This document shows, piece after piece, positions 1 to 13,630 of a stretch of 64,000 nt of DNA. Every line of letters starts with the position of its first letter. Position 1 is the first letter of the stretch. The notes beneath the pieces are model-generated. The model did not search any database. It was not told the DNA's origin and saw only the letters and a program-made list of their open reading frames with translations. Both the position numbers and the translations under genes were made by a program. Where the stretch lies: NCBI GenBank assembly GCA_965153285.1, contig OZ229117.1; one strand, given 5' to 3'. Source of the DNA: Podarcis tiliguerta (lineage: Eukaryota).

Positions 1-109
1 AAGGGCTTGTGGCGAACACACATGTTGTGGGTACCAGAGATGTTGCAGAAGTTCACTTGAGTGATTGTTCTTAAAAGGGCCCCTTGAAAGAAAAGTGTGC
101 TTCTAAGTA

Positions 110-560
110 CAGTGGTGCCTCGCAAGACGAAAAGAATCCATTCCGTGAGTCTCTTCATCTTGAGTTTTTTTTCGTCTTGCGAAGCAAGCCCATTAGCGGA
201 TTAGCGCTATCAGCGCTATTAGCGGTTTAAGGGCTATTAGTGGCTATTAAGGGATTAGCGGCTATTAAGGGATTAGCGGCTATTAAGGGATTAGTGGACC
301 AGCTGATAAGCGGCTTAGATCAGCTGATAAGCAGCTTAGCAACAGCTGATAAGCGGCTTAGCTAACAGCTGTTAAGCGGCTTAGGGGCTGGGGGGAAAAG
401 GGGGAGAGGGGAAAAAAACCCCGCAGAACTCGCAAGACATTTTCGTCGTGCGAAGCAAGCCCATAGCAAATTCGTTTTGCGAAGCACCTCCAAAACAGAA
501 AACCCTTTCGTCTAGCGGGTTTTCCGCCTTGCGAGGCATTCGTCTTGCGGGGCACCACTG
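110..560. mobile_element. Tc1/mariner (Tigger/pogo-like) non-autonomous MITE with internal tandem repeats
   Basis: TIRs cagtggtgcctcgcaagacgaa ... ttcgtcttgcggggcaccactg, flanked by TA at 108-109 and 561-562. Confidence 0.9.
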
Positions 561-3500
561 TACCTGCAAAGATGCAGATGGCATGACAAAAGTGGACTCT
601 GAAAGCCCTTAGGGTTGCAGAGACCTAGGGAGTGTGCACACTGCCACCTTAGAGCACAGTTAAGTTCTGAATATCAGTTAATGGAAACCGCACAAGGAGA
701 GAGTGCTTTTGTGACAACAGGATGCTGAACTAGATAAGCCATTGGCCTAATCTGGAAGGTGGTTCTTCTTATTTTAGATGCTTAAGTCAGAATCAATAGC
801 ATATATTTATTGTTCATGTCAATTGACAATGTTTCTATCTTTTTCTTTCTGTAATGTTTGCATTTTTTTAAAAAAAGAAGAACCCACCCCCCAAAAGCTT
901 TTTGGCTTGAATCAATACCCAAGCCAGAAAAGGATTCACAGCAATCCTCCCTGCATCCTTATCCTTGCACCTACTCCCTCCTAGCCATCCTAAAATGCTC
1001 CACTGTGCATCTGGAATGGAAGAGCAGTTGCGCTTGTAAACTGGAGACCTCTCAAGATCTACCTGTCAAAGCGTTTGCAGTGACTTTGATCAAGTGCTGC
1101 TCATTTGGTCCAGATGTGCTGCCCAGTTTGTTACGGAGGAAAACTAGCCTTCTCCATGCTGTTGCTACCACCAAAGTCTCCACTCCCTCCTTGTAGTTAA
1201 GTTTGCAGATTGGTGGACATCTCCTGAACCCCACCCCCAACTGGTTCAGGAAATGATCTTTAGAATATGACATGATATGACAGCATTGTTTTTACAGTGA
1301 CCAACCAGATGCCCATGAGAAGCTTGTAAGCTGGACATGAGCATAACAACATTCTCCGCACCTGTGATCCCCAGCATGATGTATCTGACAGTGTTGGTAG
1401 ACTGTAGCCATTAATTTGTCTAATCCTCTTTTAAAGCCATCTAACTTGGTGGTCATCACTGGCTCCTGTGGGAGAGAGTTCCATTGTTTATGCACTACAT
1501 GCCCCCCCCCCCATTTCTGTTTGTTTGGGTCCATTTTCAGCCCAGTCCAAAAAGAGCAAAGGATAGTTTGTTCATCCTAGGCAGGGGACGGTCTCACCTG
1601 GGCTTAAATATAGTTCCACAAAAGCAAGACCACAGAGGAGAAATGGAATTATTTCAATCTCCCACTCAAATATGCTCCATGAGAGTATCTGCAAAATGGG
1701 TATCTGATAGTGCAGACAAATTAGAAGATCAGTCCTCAGTTGTAAAAGCACTTCAGAGCCATAGAGTGAGAAAGATACCATACTTTTTTTCCGCTTTGAC
1801 TCCTGATTGTCTAACTAAGGACATGGAAACTGTCCTACTAGATTTTGCTGGACTACAACTTCCAACCCCCTGATCCGCAACCACAACAGCTTTTTCAGCC
1901 AATGTGCTATGAGGTGGGCAGAGCAGCGACTTGGGTGAATCCAGCAATATCCATAAAACATCATAGGATCTGTAAGTATGTATCTGTAGAGGTGGCTTTT
2001 GACTGGCAGATTCTCCAGGTGGTTCTTTAAGAGGCAACTCTGGGTTTAAGCTGCTGATTAGTTAGTATGTAAGGCTCATCATGTTGTTTAGATGTTTCTT
2101 TCCTGTGTCGTAATCTGTTTCCAATGCCTTCTATGGAACATACTGAGAAGCAGGGGACGTGACCAACAGACAAAGTCTTGGTTGTGTTTTCTGTCTTTGG
2201 ACTTGAGATGGCGATATAATCATTGCGGGAATTAACATTATGGGATATAAATATGGTGGGAATGCTAATTAGGGAGAATGGGAGTTGGAGTGCATCAACA
2301 TCTAGACAGCCACAGGTTCCCCACATCCCTGAACAAAAACAATGGTGAGGCTGCAGGTGCAATCTGCTACCAATACACTTCAATTAGCTGGCTTAACTGT
2401 TGCAAGATAGCTTACTGGGGAAAGGGATAGATTATTTTTTTTCTGGAGAAGTCAGTAAGGAAAGTTGGCCCAGTGCTTGGAGGCCATGTGCTGCATTTGC
2501 TGCAAATGGGTTTCTCTCACTCATGTCTGCAAGCAAAGTCTCTCTCTCTCTATTTTCTAGCTGACTCGGCAAATGCCATTAAACTTCACTGCTTTCCCAG
2601 CCTTAAAAATCAATTAGTTAGTATATTAAGCCACACTGGCTGGGAGCTCATTTAAGTAATAAAAATCGTTTTTGTGTAGCTTAACAAAGTGGAAGGAGGA
2701 GGAGAAGAAAATGCACGTGGATGAGGCTGGGTTCCAAGTGCCCCCCGGGAGTTGTTTTAATCTGAAGTTGTAATGGAAAAGGAAAAGGAAGGGGGAAATC
2801 GGGGCATCTGCTTGAATTGCTTATTGAAATGGGATGCTAACACTAACAGTATTACCCAGCACACAGGACATAATGGCAGAGATAAGCGGAAAATGCCCAC
2901 TCTTCTGGCAAACAGATCTTTGTCTCTTGGAACAAAATACAACACGCCTGTTTACCCGTAAAGACTTTAAAAGATACGTTGACCCTCTTAGGAGATGCAG
3001 AGAGACAGGTGAGAGACAAGGTCCACTCATCAGAGTGAAAAACAATTTTGTGTTTATTTTTTTAAATTAACAAAATGATTGGTGATCAGCAACCGAAGTT
3101 GTCCAGTTGACCAAGTGACCGGAAACATAAGAGCAGGAGCCTGTTTCTTCCTCTTCCTTGCCCATCTAGCTGTCCCTTGCCTGCTACCCATTAGGCTGAG
3201 TCACACATCAGCCAGGATCAAAATCTGGAAATGAAGCAACCTACATCTCAAGATGTTTTTAGCAAACGCCTAACTGCAGGAACGGTTTCCAGCCAGGATA
3301 CATTTTGGATCTCACCCATCCATAGTCCAGGCTGATCCAAACTGGATCCCTGTCAGCCTTAGTCCTAATCATGGGGTTCTGTGAAGGTCTGCAGCTAGCA
3401 CCTATCTAGCCTCTGTGCAACTTATTGAAGGTGAAGGAAGATAGCAGAGAGGGGTCAAAGAAACACAGCAGTAAGCATACAGGCCCCAAAGGTGTAATAG

Positions 3501-3951
3501 GGTTCACTAGGGGTGGGATGGGGGGGTACAGGAACCTGCTAATGAGCAGGAAAAAATAAGGAAGCAGTTGGAGACAAAGACTCATTGTTTCTGTTGTCTC
3601 TGCAGTAGGCCTGAAACTTATGAGAGGGTTACATTCTGGGGTGGGGTGGGGTTAGTGCACAAAAGCAAGATCACATAAAGTTGGGAAGACCCCTGGAACT
3701 GCCACTCCTTCCTCCATGACCATATCTATCTGTCCAAAGCTAAAGCGTTGAGCGGGTGAGATCTTGGGAGTACCATAGGACCTTCCTAGAGGCCAGTAAG
3801 CAAGGTGGAAGGCTTAAAAATTTATTTCCATGATGGGTTTTCCTGCAGTGGAAGGAGCTTTTGAAGCCTTCCACCTTGCTTTCCAGGCTTTGAAGTCTCT
3901 TGTAAGATCTCTCACAACCTGTTTTGACATTTCCCCCTGTCTCCTGCCCCT

Positions 3952-3955
3952 TATC

Positions 3956-4000
<45 letters not shown>
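3952..4000. repeat. (TATC)n microsatellite
   Basis: Read directly. Confidence 0.95.
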
Positions 4001-4003
<3 letters not shown>

Positions 4004-4734
4004 AGCAACACCTGCAAACCTGTGATCACATGAATAAACTGCATGTAAGTTTCAGGACAACTGTACAGTAAATCTGCAACAAGAAATTGATGATGATGAT
4101 GTATTTTCTGCTTATTTTCTTTGTATTTCTATCCTTTTCTATTCCTTAATATATTTACTTTTACTTGTGACTATGGATGTGTATGGCTGGTTGCAGTAAC
4201 TGAAAATTATCTCTAGTTTCAAGTATCTTTTATTTCCCAGCTCCAATCTACAGCAGCACACTAGCAACAGACAACATAACAACCAAAGCTTAACAGTGTC
4301 TGGAAAAGAACAAAGTTTTTCATTCATTAGTTGTCAGCAAGAACAACTTTTTTCTTTCTGTTTTCTTTTGGAGGTAGCAGCCATTTTGTGTCAGACCACA
4401 CCCCTGGCAGCAGCCATTTTGTGACTTGTGCCATTGGCACCTATTCCAAATTCCATATTTGTCTGTGGACCAATAAAAGGTTGGCAACGACTGCCTAACA
4501 GATAGTAGATGGGTATATATTTGTGCACACATTACTTGGCTAGAGAACTGCATTGCAAAATTCAGAGAAGTGCAAACTTTTTTAAAAAAAATGTTCTGTT
4601 TGGTTCTGTATTGTTTTGGTGTGCCTTTAAATGTATTTATTATTTATTTGGCAGAATCTTAATAAGAAATGAAACCTATGAGTGCTTTAATGTGATCCAA
4701 ATAAAATGTCTGCCTCTTTCCTAGCTCAGAGTAC

Positions 4735-4737
<3 letters not shown>

Positions 4738-4766
<29 letters not shown>
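4738..4766. repeat. (CT)n microsatellite
   Basis: Read directly. Confidence 0.95.
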
Positions 4767-4769
<3 letters not shown>

Positions 4770-7700
4770 CTTGACTTTCAAAAAACACACATATGGTATT
4801 ATTAAAGTAGTACTCTCTGGTGATGTGAGGGATTGCACTATGACACATAGAAGAAGCTGGGCACCAAGATATGAAAATTCGTGCTGCATTAAAGAACCGA
4901 AGAACACCTTTTAAATATAAATATTTCAGCACATCAGTGGGGGAAATGCAATCAACCTGCACAAGATTTATCTGTAGACAGGATAAAACAAACAAAGCAA
5001 GACTAGGTGAGGGCTGGTTGTACGGTGTGTGATGGGTTTTTTAAAAATCTAGAATATGAAAATTCAGAAAGAGAGATTAAAACATCCCTGAGGATCTGAA
5101 TGCTGTTTATGCGGATTTAAATTACCTCAGGCATAGATGCAAACTGAAATTGCTCATCAGCTAGGGAATTTCTAAGTATTGAAGGCTGAGAATGGTCATT
5201 GCTTAAACAAAAAAAGCTACAGGCCCATTTGTATTTCTTATGTATACAGGAGACAAGGAGACCCAGGAATTGCCTGAACAGGCCCCACCTATGCTGATGT
5301 ATTTAATCACCGGCAATGGCTTCCGAAGTGGAGAAACTCTCAGAGGGCTAACTGGCATAAAACAAATCTAAGATTTTTCTTTTTATTGCCCTCCACAACC
5401 CCCCTACCGACTCAGCTGCAAAGTCCAGAACATTACTAGCTCCAGGGTATTGTGGAGGATGCAAAATGATGGACAAGCTTCTTCTACTACCACTACTAAT
5501 TGCTGTCTGTGTGTGTGGTTGTGGGGGCATTAGGAAAAAAATTAAGGAGCTGTGCTCCTGCCAATGTTGAGCCCTACTACAGAGAAACTGTTGGCTGACC
5601 TGACCTCCCCATGGAGAAATTCAGAGAAATGGTCCCTGCAATTTATCTGTCTGTACATAGGGTGGAAAAGTTCAAAAACTTGAGACATGTACTCAAATTC
5701 TTAGGGATTGAACATTCCATGCTCTAGTAAATGGAGGGTGGGGTCCTGTTTATGGAATTCCCAAGAGGCATCTGGTTGGCCAGAGTGAGAACAAGATTCT
5801 GGGGAAGAAGGACTTTTGGTCTGATCCAGTAGCTGGGTCTTCTTATATTCTTATGAAAACCACCGATGACATATTCTAGGTCCTAAAAGGCTCAAGCCAT
5901 CTGGAAGGTAAGTTGAAAAGAAAGAGGCGCTCTTTAGAGGCTGATCAATAATTTAAGGCATTAAGAGGGATGCGGCTGAGTGCAGGTCATTTGTTATTTT
6001 AAGCACATTAAGCTGCTTCCTAACAGGCTGCAGCCGATCAGGCAAATGAAATGGTCTTTGGGCACTGATAAGGAGAGAGAGGGGTTTTTCCTCTCCTAAC
6101 CTAACACAGCAGCAGCAAGAGGAGCTTTATAATAGGGATGGTCAGTGCTGGTTGCCTAGAGGTCTTGGATGTTTGGCAGTGTCAGGTGGAGGGTGGATTT
6201 CAAACCAAAGGGTGGCAGATGCTAATAGGATACACTTTCATTCCTTCCTTCCTTCCTTCTTTCTTTTTCTTTTGCTACAGCACCACCTCCTGTAGTTAAA
6301 TGTAAAATGGTAGCTCCACATGCAGAACCAATTGCATATGGCATCCAACAAGTCTTATGGTAGGGTAACCTGCATATACAAATACAAATCTCTTATTAGA
6401 AACCCAACCTTTTATTTTACCTCCTCACCCCGATCATAAGTTGCTACTGGTCAGAGAACTGAGGAAAAATACACCAAAATTTGACCAGGACAACTGCATA
6501 AAAAACTTGGCCAGAGGCACCAATCAATACCCTCATTTTACAGCTTGGTGAGATTAAAGGTGCTTCCAGATTATTACTATTTCCAACAATCTGGCAAATT
6601 GATGTTGCCCACAGAACATTTATTTGGCACTCTTGTGCAGCAAACCCACTCTGTCCTCCCCAAATCATAATTTTTTTCAATAAGAAAATTTACAAAAATA
6701 TTCATTGGAAAGTGTGGGATAATAATTCCAGAACATCTGGAAGTGGCCTAAGAGGTAAATGATTAGCACAAGGCCAGCTATGGCAGATAATGTGTGTGGG
6801 TTTTTATAATTTAAAAAAATATAATTTGTAACATTACTTTCTATGACTAGATCATTGGAAATCAGAAACATTTGCTGGTCTTCTGCAGGGAGCCATGAGA
6901 TCTACCTGTAGATTCTGATCTACCTTCTGGTTTATGAGACATGGAAGGGTCTACATTTTTAGATGCCAAGTACAGAGCGCTGGGAAAATTAGTTCAAGGG
7001 ACTGATTAGGATGCAGAGGAGACTGGGCTGTTCCTAAGGTTCTCAGGACCAGAGACAGATGACAGGATTGCATAGGCAAAGGAATTGACTAGGGGGCAAC
7101 TGTAGACAGCAACAATTTGGAGGCACAGGGGCAGATCTGTGAAACTAATGAAGCTTAAACTTCAGAACCCCTAATAATCCTGGAGAGAGCCCAAAAGCGA
7201 CTTTGGTCTACACTGTTTAATTTTTTGGGGTCTAGTAGACCCAATTTGATTCACACAACTCAAAATGATCATTATTTTTTGTTGATGTATATATTTCAAC
7301 AATCCCAAAGTTTGAGAGTCAGTAGCACAGCTATTGTAAATATGTGGCAATTAGTCATGGAACAATCCCATTGTAGAAGATGACAGTGGTTACCCAGACC
7401 TCACTGCTGGTTGCAAAGGGCCCCCAAAATGTAGGTCTGCCACTGAGTAGGCAGCAGGTAGAACACCTGGGAGCCAAAGTGTACCTAAACTCACGGCAGT
7501 AAATACTACTGAAGGAAGGAGTTTGACCCAAAGATTTATATAGCTGGTAGTGGTAAGGGACTTGCTCTCCTAGAGCTTCCAACTCTGCTCTATAGTATTA
7601 TAGTTTTCTACTTCAAGCAGAAACCCTAGCAGTGCAAGAACTGGTGCCTTGCCCACAAGGCTCCCGATTTGAACCTTGTGACAGATCCACTTTCACGTTG

Positions 7701-7967
7701 TGCTATCTCTATTGTCATAAATCAAGATAGCTGTTTGGATTGCATATTGTTATTTTTTAACCAGCCTCATAATTTATCTCCTCTCCACCAGGTAGAAACT
7801 GTAAAACCAGCAATGTCTGGTGTTAAATCTGCCTGCATTTAAATGCATTAAATTTGTGAAAGATGCAGATGTTCTTATAAGATAACTATTATGGAAAAAG
7901 ACTTCAAAGATCATCCAGCAGATTGCACATGTGTAGGAGTAATACAGCCAGGTTATTTCATAAAAAT

Positions 7968-7970
<3 letters not shown>

Positions 7971-7998
<28 letters not shown>
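7971..7998. repeat. (AC)n microsatellite
   Basis: Read directly. Confidence 0.95.
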
Positions 7999-8001
<3 letters not shown>

Positions 8002-8478
8002 TTGATTGTTAAAAAACCTCAAAGTGGTTTACAAAAAAAAAGATAAAACAAGAAAATCAAGAAAAAATGGCAAACATACTTTAAAACATAGAAAAGTTAA
8101 AATACTAAAACTGATTAAAATTTCCTTTTATACTTTGTCTAAACAAGAATGTTTTTAGCAGGGACAGAAAAGAGTGATCTAAATGGGCAGGAAGTTCCAA
8201 AGTGCAGATGCTGCCACACCAAACAACTGAGTACTTACAAGTTCGGGTATTATGTGGCATCTGTAGTAGTGCCAATTCTGCTGAAGCTTTTGAGTGGGCA
8301 CATGTGGGTAAGGTTAAGAACATTTCACCCAACACTCTGTTTCCAATTCTGAAATATCATGCGCTCTGCGGACACTTGGAAGCAAAGTATGCAAGTGGTG
8401 ATTTGTCCCTGGGATCTTCCCCCAGGATCTATAATTCAAAGGTAATAAATAATAAATAATAAAGGTACATTGCTTATA

Positions 8479-8700
8479 CAGTGGCACCTCGGGTTACATA
8501 CGCTTCAGGTTACATATGCTTCAGGTTACACACTCCACTAACCTAGAAATAGTGCTTCAGGTTAAGAACAGAAATCGGGCTCTGGCGAGCGGCGGCAGCA
8601 GGAGGCCCCATTAGCTAAAGTGGTGCTTCAGGTTAAGAACAGTTTCAGGTTAAGAAGAGACCTCCGGAACGAATTAAGTATTTAACCCAAGGTACCACTG
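8479..8700 (-). mobile_element. Tigger-like MITE (family A), opposite orientation to the other three copies
   Basis: TA|cagtggcacctcgggtta ... taacccaaggtaccactg|TA; reverse complement of the copies at 43392, 58592 and 63743. Strand label is only relative. Confidence 0.9.
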
Positions 8701-9196
8701 TATAACACTTCTGAACATAAAGGTTCCACCAACCTATCATGACTGACTGTCAATACACCTATGGTCCATGAATATATCCGGTCCTTAAAAGGAAAGTCAA
8801 TGTAATCTAGAGGCTGCCACCACAATTCTATGTGTGAATTTTGTGTCATGTCAGTTTGTCCCTCACACATACTGGTAATCAACTTCACCAGATGACCCTG
8901 AGTTCTAATATTGTGAGAGATGGTAAAGCGATCTAGTAACTGAACCATGTGTTCCTAAAGTTAAAATAATGCAGTTTTAGAAGGCATGCAAAATCAGATA
9001 GGCTTGCAAATCAAACTGATGGGTACGCAAGAGAGCAGAAAGCAGAGTGGCTTCAGGAACACTCGTGGGGGATGAAGACAATTTGAATAGTGCTACAGAA
9101 CCAGCCTGTTAAAAATACAAATAAACATTTTGTGCAAAAAAAGAAAGGAAAGGAAAGCGTTGGGGAAGGGGAACAGAAAGAGAGATGGAGGGAGGG

Positions 9197-9204
9197 ACAC
9201 ACAT

Positions 9205-9241
<37 letters not shown>
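9197..9241. repeat. Compound (AC)n(AG)n microsatellite
   Basis: Read directly. Confidence 0.95.
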
Positions 9242-10599
9242 TACTGTCATTTACTTAAGGCTGCTTCTCTCTGTATGTAAATGCTTCAAATTTCTTAAAA
9301 TAAGCAGTATGCTTCAATGCATAATTACTGCTTTTCGATGTTGATGTTTGTGGCCATCAAATTTGTCACAGCTGGAATCACAACACAAGAAAATGAATCC
9401 TCACCTACTTTCAGAACAGAGCGCCTCTATGGAGCAGGATAACAAAGCACCACACTTTTCTCAACTGCATGCTATAGTACACAACCATCACAAACCACCT
9501 AAAGAAATGAGCTTGAACCATGGCATGACAGATTTCAAGTCCAGCATTGAACAGGAGGTTTGACAAAGAGACCGCCAAGGTCCCTTTCAATGCTATGATT
9601 TCCCTGAGAAGAAGAATGCAAAAGAATGTTCTCCCTCCCTCCCTCTCTCTCTCACACACACACAACACCAGAACTCGTGAATATCAAATGCAGCTAAATG
9701 TTGGAAGATTCAGGACAGATAAAAGAAAGTAGAATGCATTGTTAAACTTTGAAACACACTCTCCCAGGAGGCAGTGATAGCCACCTACTTGGATGGCTTC
9801 AAAAGAAGGCTGGCCTCACTCCCCCACCCACCCACCGCCAAGACAGTGTGTGGCCTGTGAGTTCTGTGTTGAACTACTCTTTCAGCCCACTTGGTACGAA
9901 AAGTTGGGCCGCCCTGCCTTAGATACATGCTTTAGTTATTTGGTTTGTAGCAGTTTAATTTTGTTCAGAACACTTAATATTGTCCGTATCTGTGGCCATA
10001 TCATGACTACTCCATCCCCTAATGGAATAGCTCTGCCTGAGAACTGCTTCTTATAGACTAATTGCTTGACTTGGTAAAGACTCTAACATATGCAGGCAGC
10101 AAGTAGCAAGAGGAAGGAAGCCAAAGAGAAAGTAGTTCCACCATATTTTCAAACTAACAAAGTTCCACATAAGGGGACCAGATCTCCATGCCTCTAGGTC
10201 CCTGAGCCAATTAGAATGGGGGAAGTCATGGATACAGACATGCACCAGAGCTTTGTCGCCTCATCTCGACCTATGCCTACTAACAGAGTTATTAACATTT
10301 AAAAGAAGAGTCTTCGGAAGGTCCAAACTTACTCCATGTGTAGATTAGAGAGGCTTAAACAAAGGAAATGTAAATTTCATCCAGATGCCCTTTAGGACTG
10401 GCCTTAGAAAATCTTAAAATGCAGTTTGGACTTTTAAAAAATGGAAGCAAATAAATGTCAAATCTGATCAGTCCTTGTGAAAATAACCCACAGCCACATT
10501 CTAATAAAGCTAGGTGTTTGCATGTCAAAGCACTACATATGCAGCTGAGAGTAGGGAGGTTTGGATAATCCCCCACTCATTCAGGGGCAGGAGGCTCAT

Positions 10600-11115
10600 G
10601 CGGCCATGTGAGCTAGCCATGCTTAAGTCAAACCAGTGCAGAATCACTGTGGCTGCGGAGACTGGTAACTCATAACTGCTGCCTCCTGCATGGTTTTTGA
10701 TGCATTAGCAGCACCAAAGTGACCCCTCTGGGGCACAAGCCTGGGCAATGTATATGGAAGTTCTGATCTGCCCAGGCAATAAGACACCCCCCCCCCCAGC
10801 CTCACTGATGTGGTCTAAAGGAAAACAGAGCAATACGTTTGGCATGTTTGGCAGAAACCACCTTTTTGACCATTGGACCCACTATTGGTCTCATCCGTTC
10901 AAACTGCTGGAGCCTGTCTTCAAAAGACAAGGGAAGTCCCTAACCCACCAAGGGTTTAGACCCATTGACTACCTCCACCTAGTTTAGCCGGCCTGTAGCA
11001 GCTGTTTCCTAAGGTGTGGCTGCTGTCACATGCTGATAGCTTCTAGGAACCACACATGAGAGCTGAATGCAGGGTGGAGAGCAAAGGTGTGCAAACTACC
11101 CCAGAAGGAGCATGA
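10600..11115. mobile_element. Interspersed repeat, possibly an RTE-type LINE 5' region
   Basis: gcaccaaagtgacc...gatgtggtctaaaggaaaacagagcaatacgtttggc...gtttagccggcc resembles a lacertid repeat as I recall it; no coding motif seen. Confidence 0.4.
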
Positions 11116-11708
11116 TAATAATACTACTGTTCCCCATCAACCCATACATTCCACATGACCCAGAGGATGTACCCAGAACTCTGTCTCACTCACTATATGA
11201 CACAGAAGGGAGTTTCATCTGAACCCTTTTACTTTCCTTGAGCAATCCACTGCTGCCTCCTGGACTGCTGAAGAGGCTGGCTGGTTTTACATCAAAACAG
11301 CAGTTGCTGCACTTTAGAAGGTCACACATTGCTTTCTGACAATCTCTGGGGTTAAACTGAAGAAATGCAAGTTTTGCTCGTTTGTAGCATGACTCAGCTC
11401 CATGTTGCTCTGACTGACAGGCAGCTTTGACAACAGAATACCACCTTCTTATCCTTATCCTCCCACCAGTTTTTCAACCTCTTAAAATTAAATTGGTCAT
11501 GTTTTAGTTGTTTCATTTCCTTGATTTCCCTTCAGTATGAATGTTGTGGCTGCAACCTGAATAAAGAAATGTGAAATTGATTAATCATATGCATTTGGTT
11601 GAGTAGCTGATTGATATATCAGTTAGATTAGCATATGGGTTGAAACAATATTTCTGAATCAAGAAGCACCCTTTTTCAATGTAAGCAGACATTCTTTTAG
11701 AAGGCTAG

Positions 11709-12060
11709 GTAAAGGTAAAGGGACCTGACAGTTAGGTCCAGTCGTGGACGACTCTGGGGTTGCAGTGCTCATCTCGCTTTACTGGCCAAGGGAGCTGGCA
11801 TTCAGTTTCCGGGTCATGTGGCCAGCATGACTAAGCTGCTTCTGGTAAAACCAGAGCAGCACATGGAAACACCCTTTACCTTCCTGCCAGAGCGGTACCT
11901 ATTTATCTACTTGCACTTTGACATGCTTTCGAACTGCTAGGTTGGCAGGATCAGGGAACGGACAATGGGAGCTCACCCCATTGCGGGGATTCGAACTGCC
12001 GACCTTCTGATCGGCAAGCCCTAGGCTCTGTGGTTTAGACCACAGCGCCACCCGTGTCCT
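11709..12060 (-). mobile_element. Sauria SINE (Squam1/POM-type)
   Basis: Reverse complement of the gggacgcgggtggcgctgtggtctaaacc head and (cctttac)n tail; TSD ttttagaa(g/a)gctag at 11695-11708 and 12061-12074. Confidence 0.92.
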
Positions 12061-12781
12061 TTTTAGAAAGCTAGTTATCTTTAAATAGTACTTTGCAGCC
12101 ATTGTGGCAGACCTTCAGTAGCGCAGGTGCTTTTTGGACAAGCGCATCCACAAAGGACTCCTCATACTGAGTCACGGAGGATCAGTGTCACTTCTGTTTT
12201 GTCAGCAGTGGGTGCACTAGCAGAAGGCGCTGGAGATACTCACATATTCACACACCCTCCTGATTTTCCAGGGACAGTTCCAGAATTATGAAAACCATTT
12301 GACTTGATCCCAGAATGTAACTTTTTCCCCACCAGCAGCACCACTGCCAACCTTGGGGAGGAAGATGAGCCAGAGCTTGTCCCGAATGATGATAATGGCC
12401 ACGGCTAAGAAGGAACACCCTGTTGTCTCTCCACGACCGCAGCAGCTGGCCTCCTCCCTTGGAAGCTCATGGCAGCTGCTGGAGAGTGGGCCATCGCCAA
12501 GGCCAAGGCCCACATGACACGCCGGCTCTGAGGGGGCAGGCAGAGGGCAGAGCTGCCCTTGGTGGGAAGAAAGGGGGAGCAGAGCATAACTTGTATTGAT
12601 TGGGGTGGGGGAATGTTTTGTGTGTCCTTGTCTAATCTTGCCCTTTCTAAAATTCATTCATTGGTTTATGTTTTTGTTTTGTAAATCTACCAAAGAAAAA
12701 AATAAAATCAGGGTTAAGGGGTTTTCTCAAGATGGTGGAGGTCACGTCTGCTGTATCCCATTGGTATAGTGGTGGTGGCAC

Positions 12782-13228
12782 TGTTAGAATTCCTGCTCCA
12801 TGATTGCAGTCATGGGATTTTTGTCTATCACATGACGGTATATGTTTTGACTCCACAGAGTGGGAAGTGAAGGAGACAGGATATTTGTGTTCCTGTGTTC
12901 CGTGAAGTGGGGCTATTGTCCTTTGCTCTTTTTCTCTTTACTGTCTGATGCTAGAGAGAGAGGGTGCCATGTTGCAGTGCTCTGTGTGTGTTTAGATGTA
13001 AATAGAGTAGATTAGCAAAAATGCTGAGTTGCTGAGGTCTGTCACACAAACTGCGAACACTCTGCGGATCCCTAAGTGTGCCGATGTCTGTTGGCATTGG
13101 TTCCTGTAATGTTTGGGCAGAAGAAAGCTTTTGAAGCTCCCGAATGAATGACCAGGAGGGAGAGAATATGCCAGTCGGGCATGTGTCTCTGCCAGGGTCC
13201 TACTTGAGTGTAGGACAAGCTCCTGACA
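12782..13228. mobile_element. Solo LTR (Gypsy/ERV-type), 447 bp
   Basis: Begins TGTTAGAA and ends TCCTGACA (TG...CA with a short imperfect inverted repeat); perfect 5-bp TSD ggcac at 12777-12781 and 13229-13233. Confidence 0.8.
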
Positions 13229-13505
13229 GGCACTTGCCCTTCTTCTGATAGGAAATGCTCTGTGGGGCAGGGAACACAAAAAATGGGGAGTCAAGGAGGG
13301 TCATTTTGGGGAGGAGTGATTAATGTCCCATTTTCATCTGAGGAATGTTGGAGGGTATGTACTCAGTGAGTGGGCTATGAGGGACTGGTGGGACTGAAGC
13401 AACCATGGATGAGAAGGAGTCAACTCATGCTTCCACCAGTGAGCATTTGATGGGGAGCATACCCTTTCCTGTCTGCCACCTGAGTCAGGTGGCTCAATGA
13501 AGCTC

Positions 13506-13630
13506 ATAGTAGGCCTCACTCTGCCTCCAGATGTTGTTGGACTCCAGCTTCCACTACCCCTGAGCATTGGCCATGCTGACTGGGTCTGAGATCCAACAAC
13601 ATCTGGAGGGCCAAAGGTATCCTACTCATG
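13506..13630. mobile_element. Palindromic hAT-like MITE (degenerate)
   Basis: cctccagatgttgttgga ... tccaacaacatctggagg. Confidence 0.65.

Noticed and set aside
190-384. CRISPR-like or iteron-like array
   Set aside because: The units are tandem with no unique spacers and lie within a eukaryotic MITE.
6540-6900. Very old L1 ORF2 remnant on the minus strand
   Set aside because: Only faint motif resemblance; too degenerate to support without a profile search.
12286-12657. GC-rich segment as a retrocopy or extra exon
   Set aside because: No translation resembles CSMD (Sushi/CUB) or any protein I recognise; probably a decayed repeat interior.
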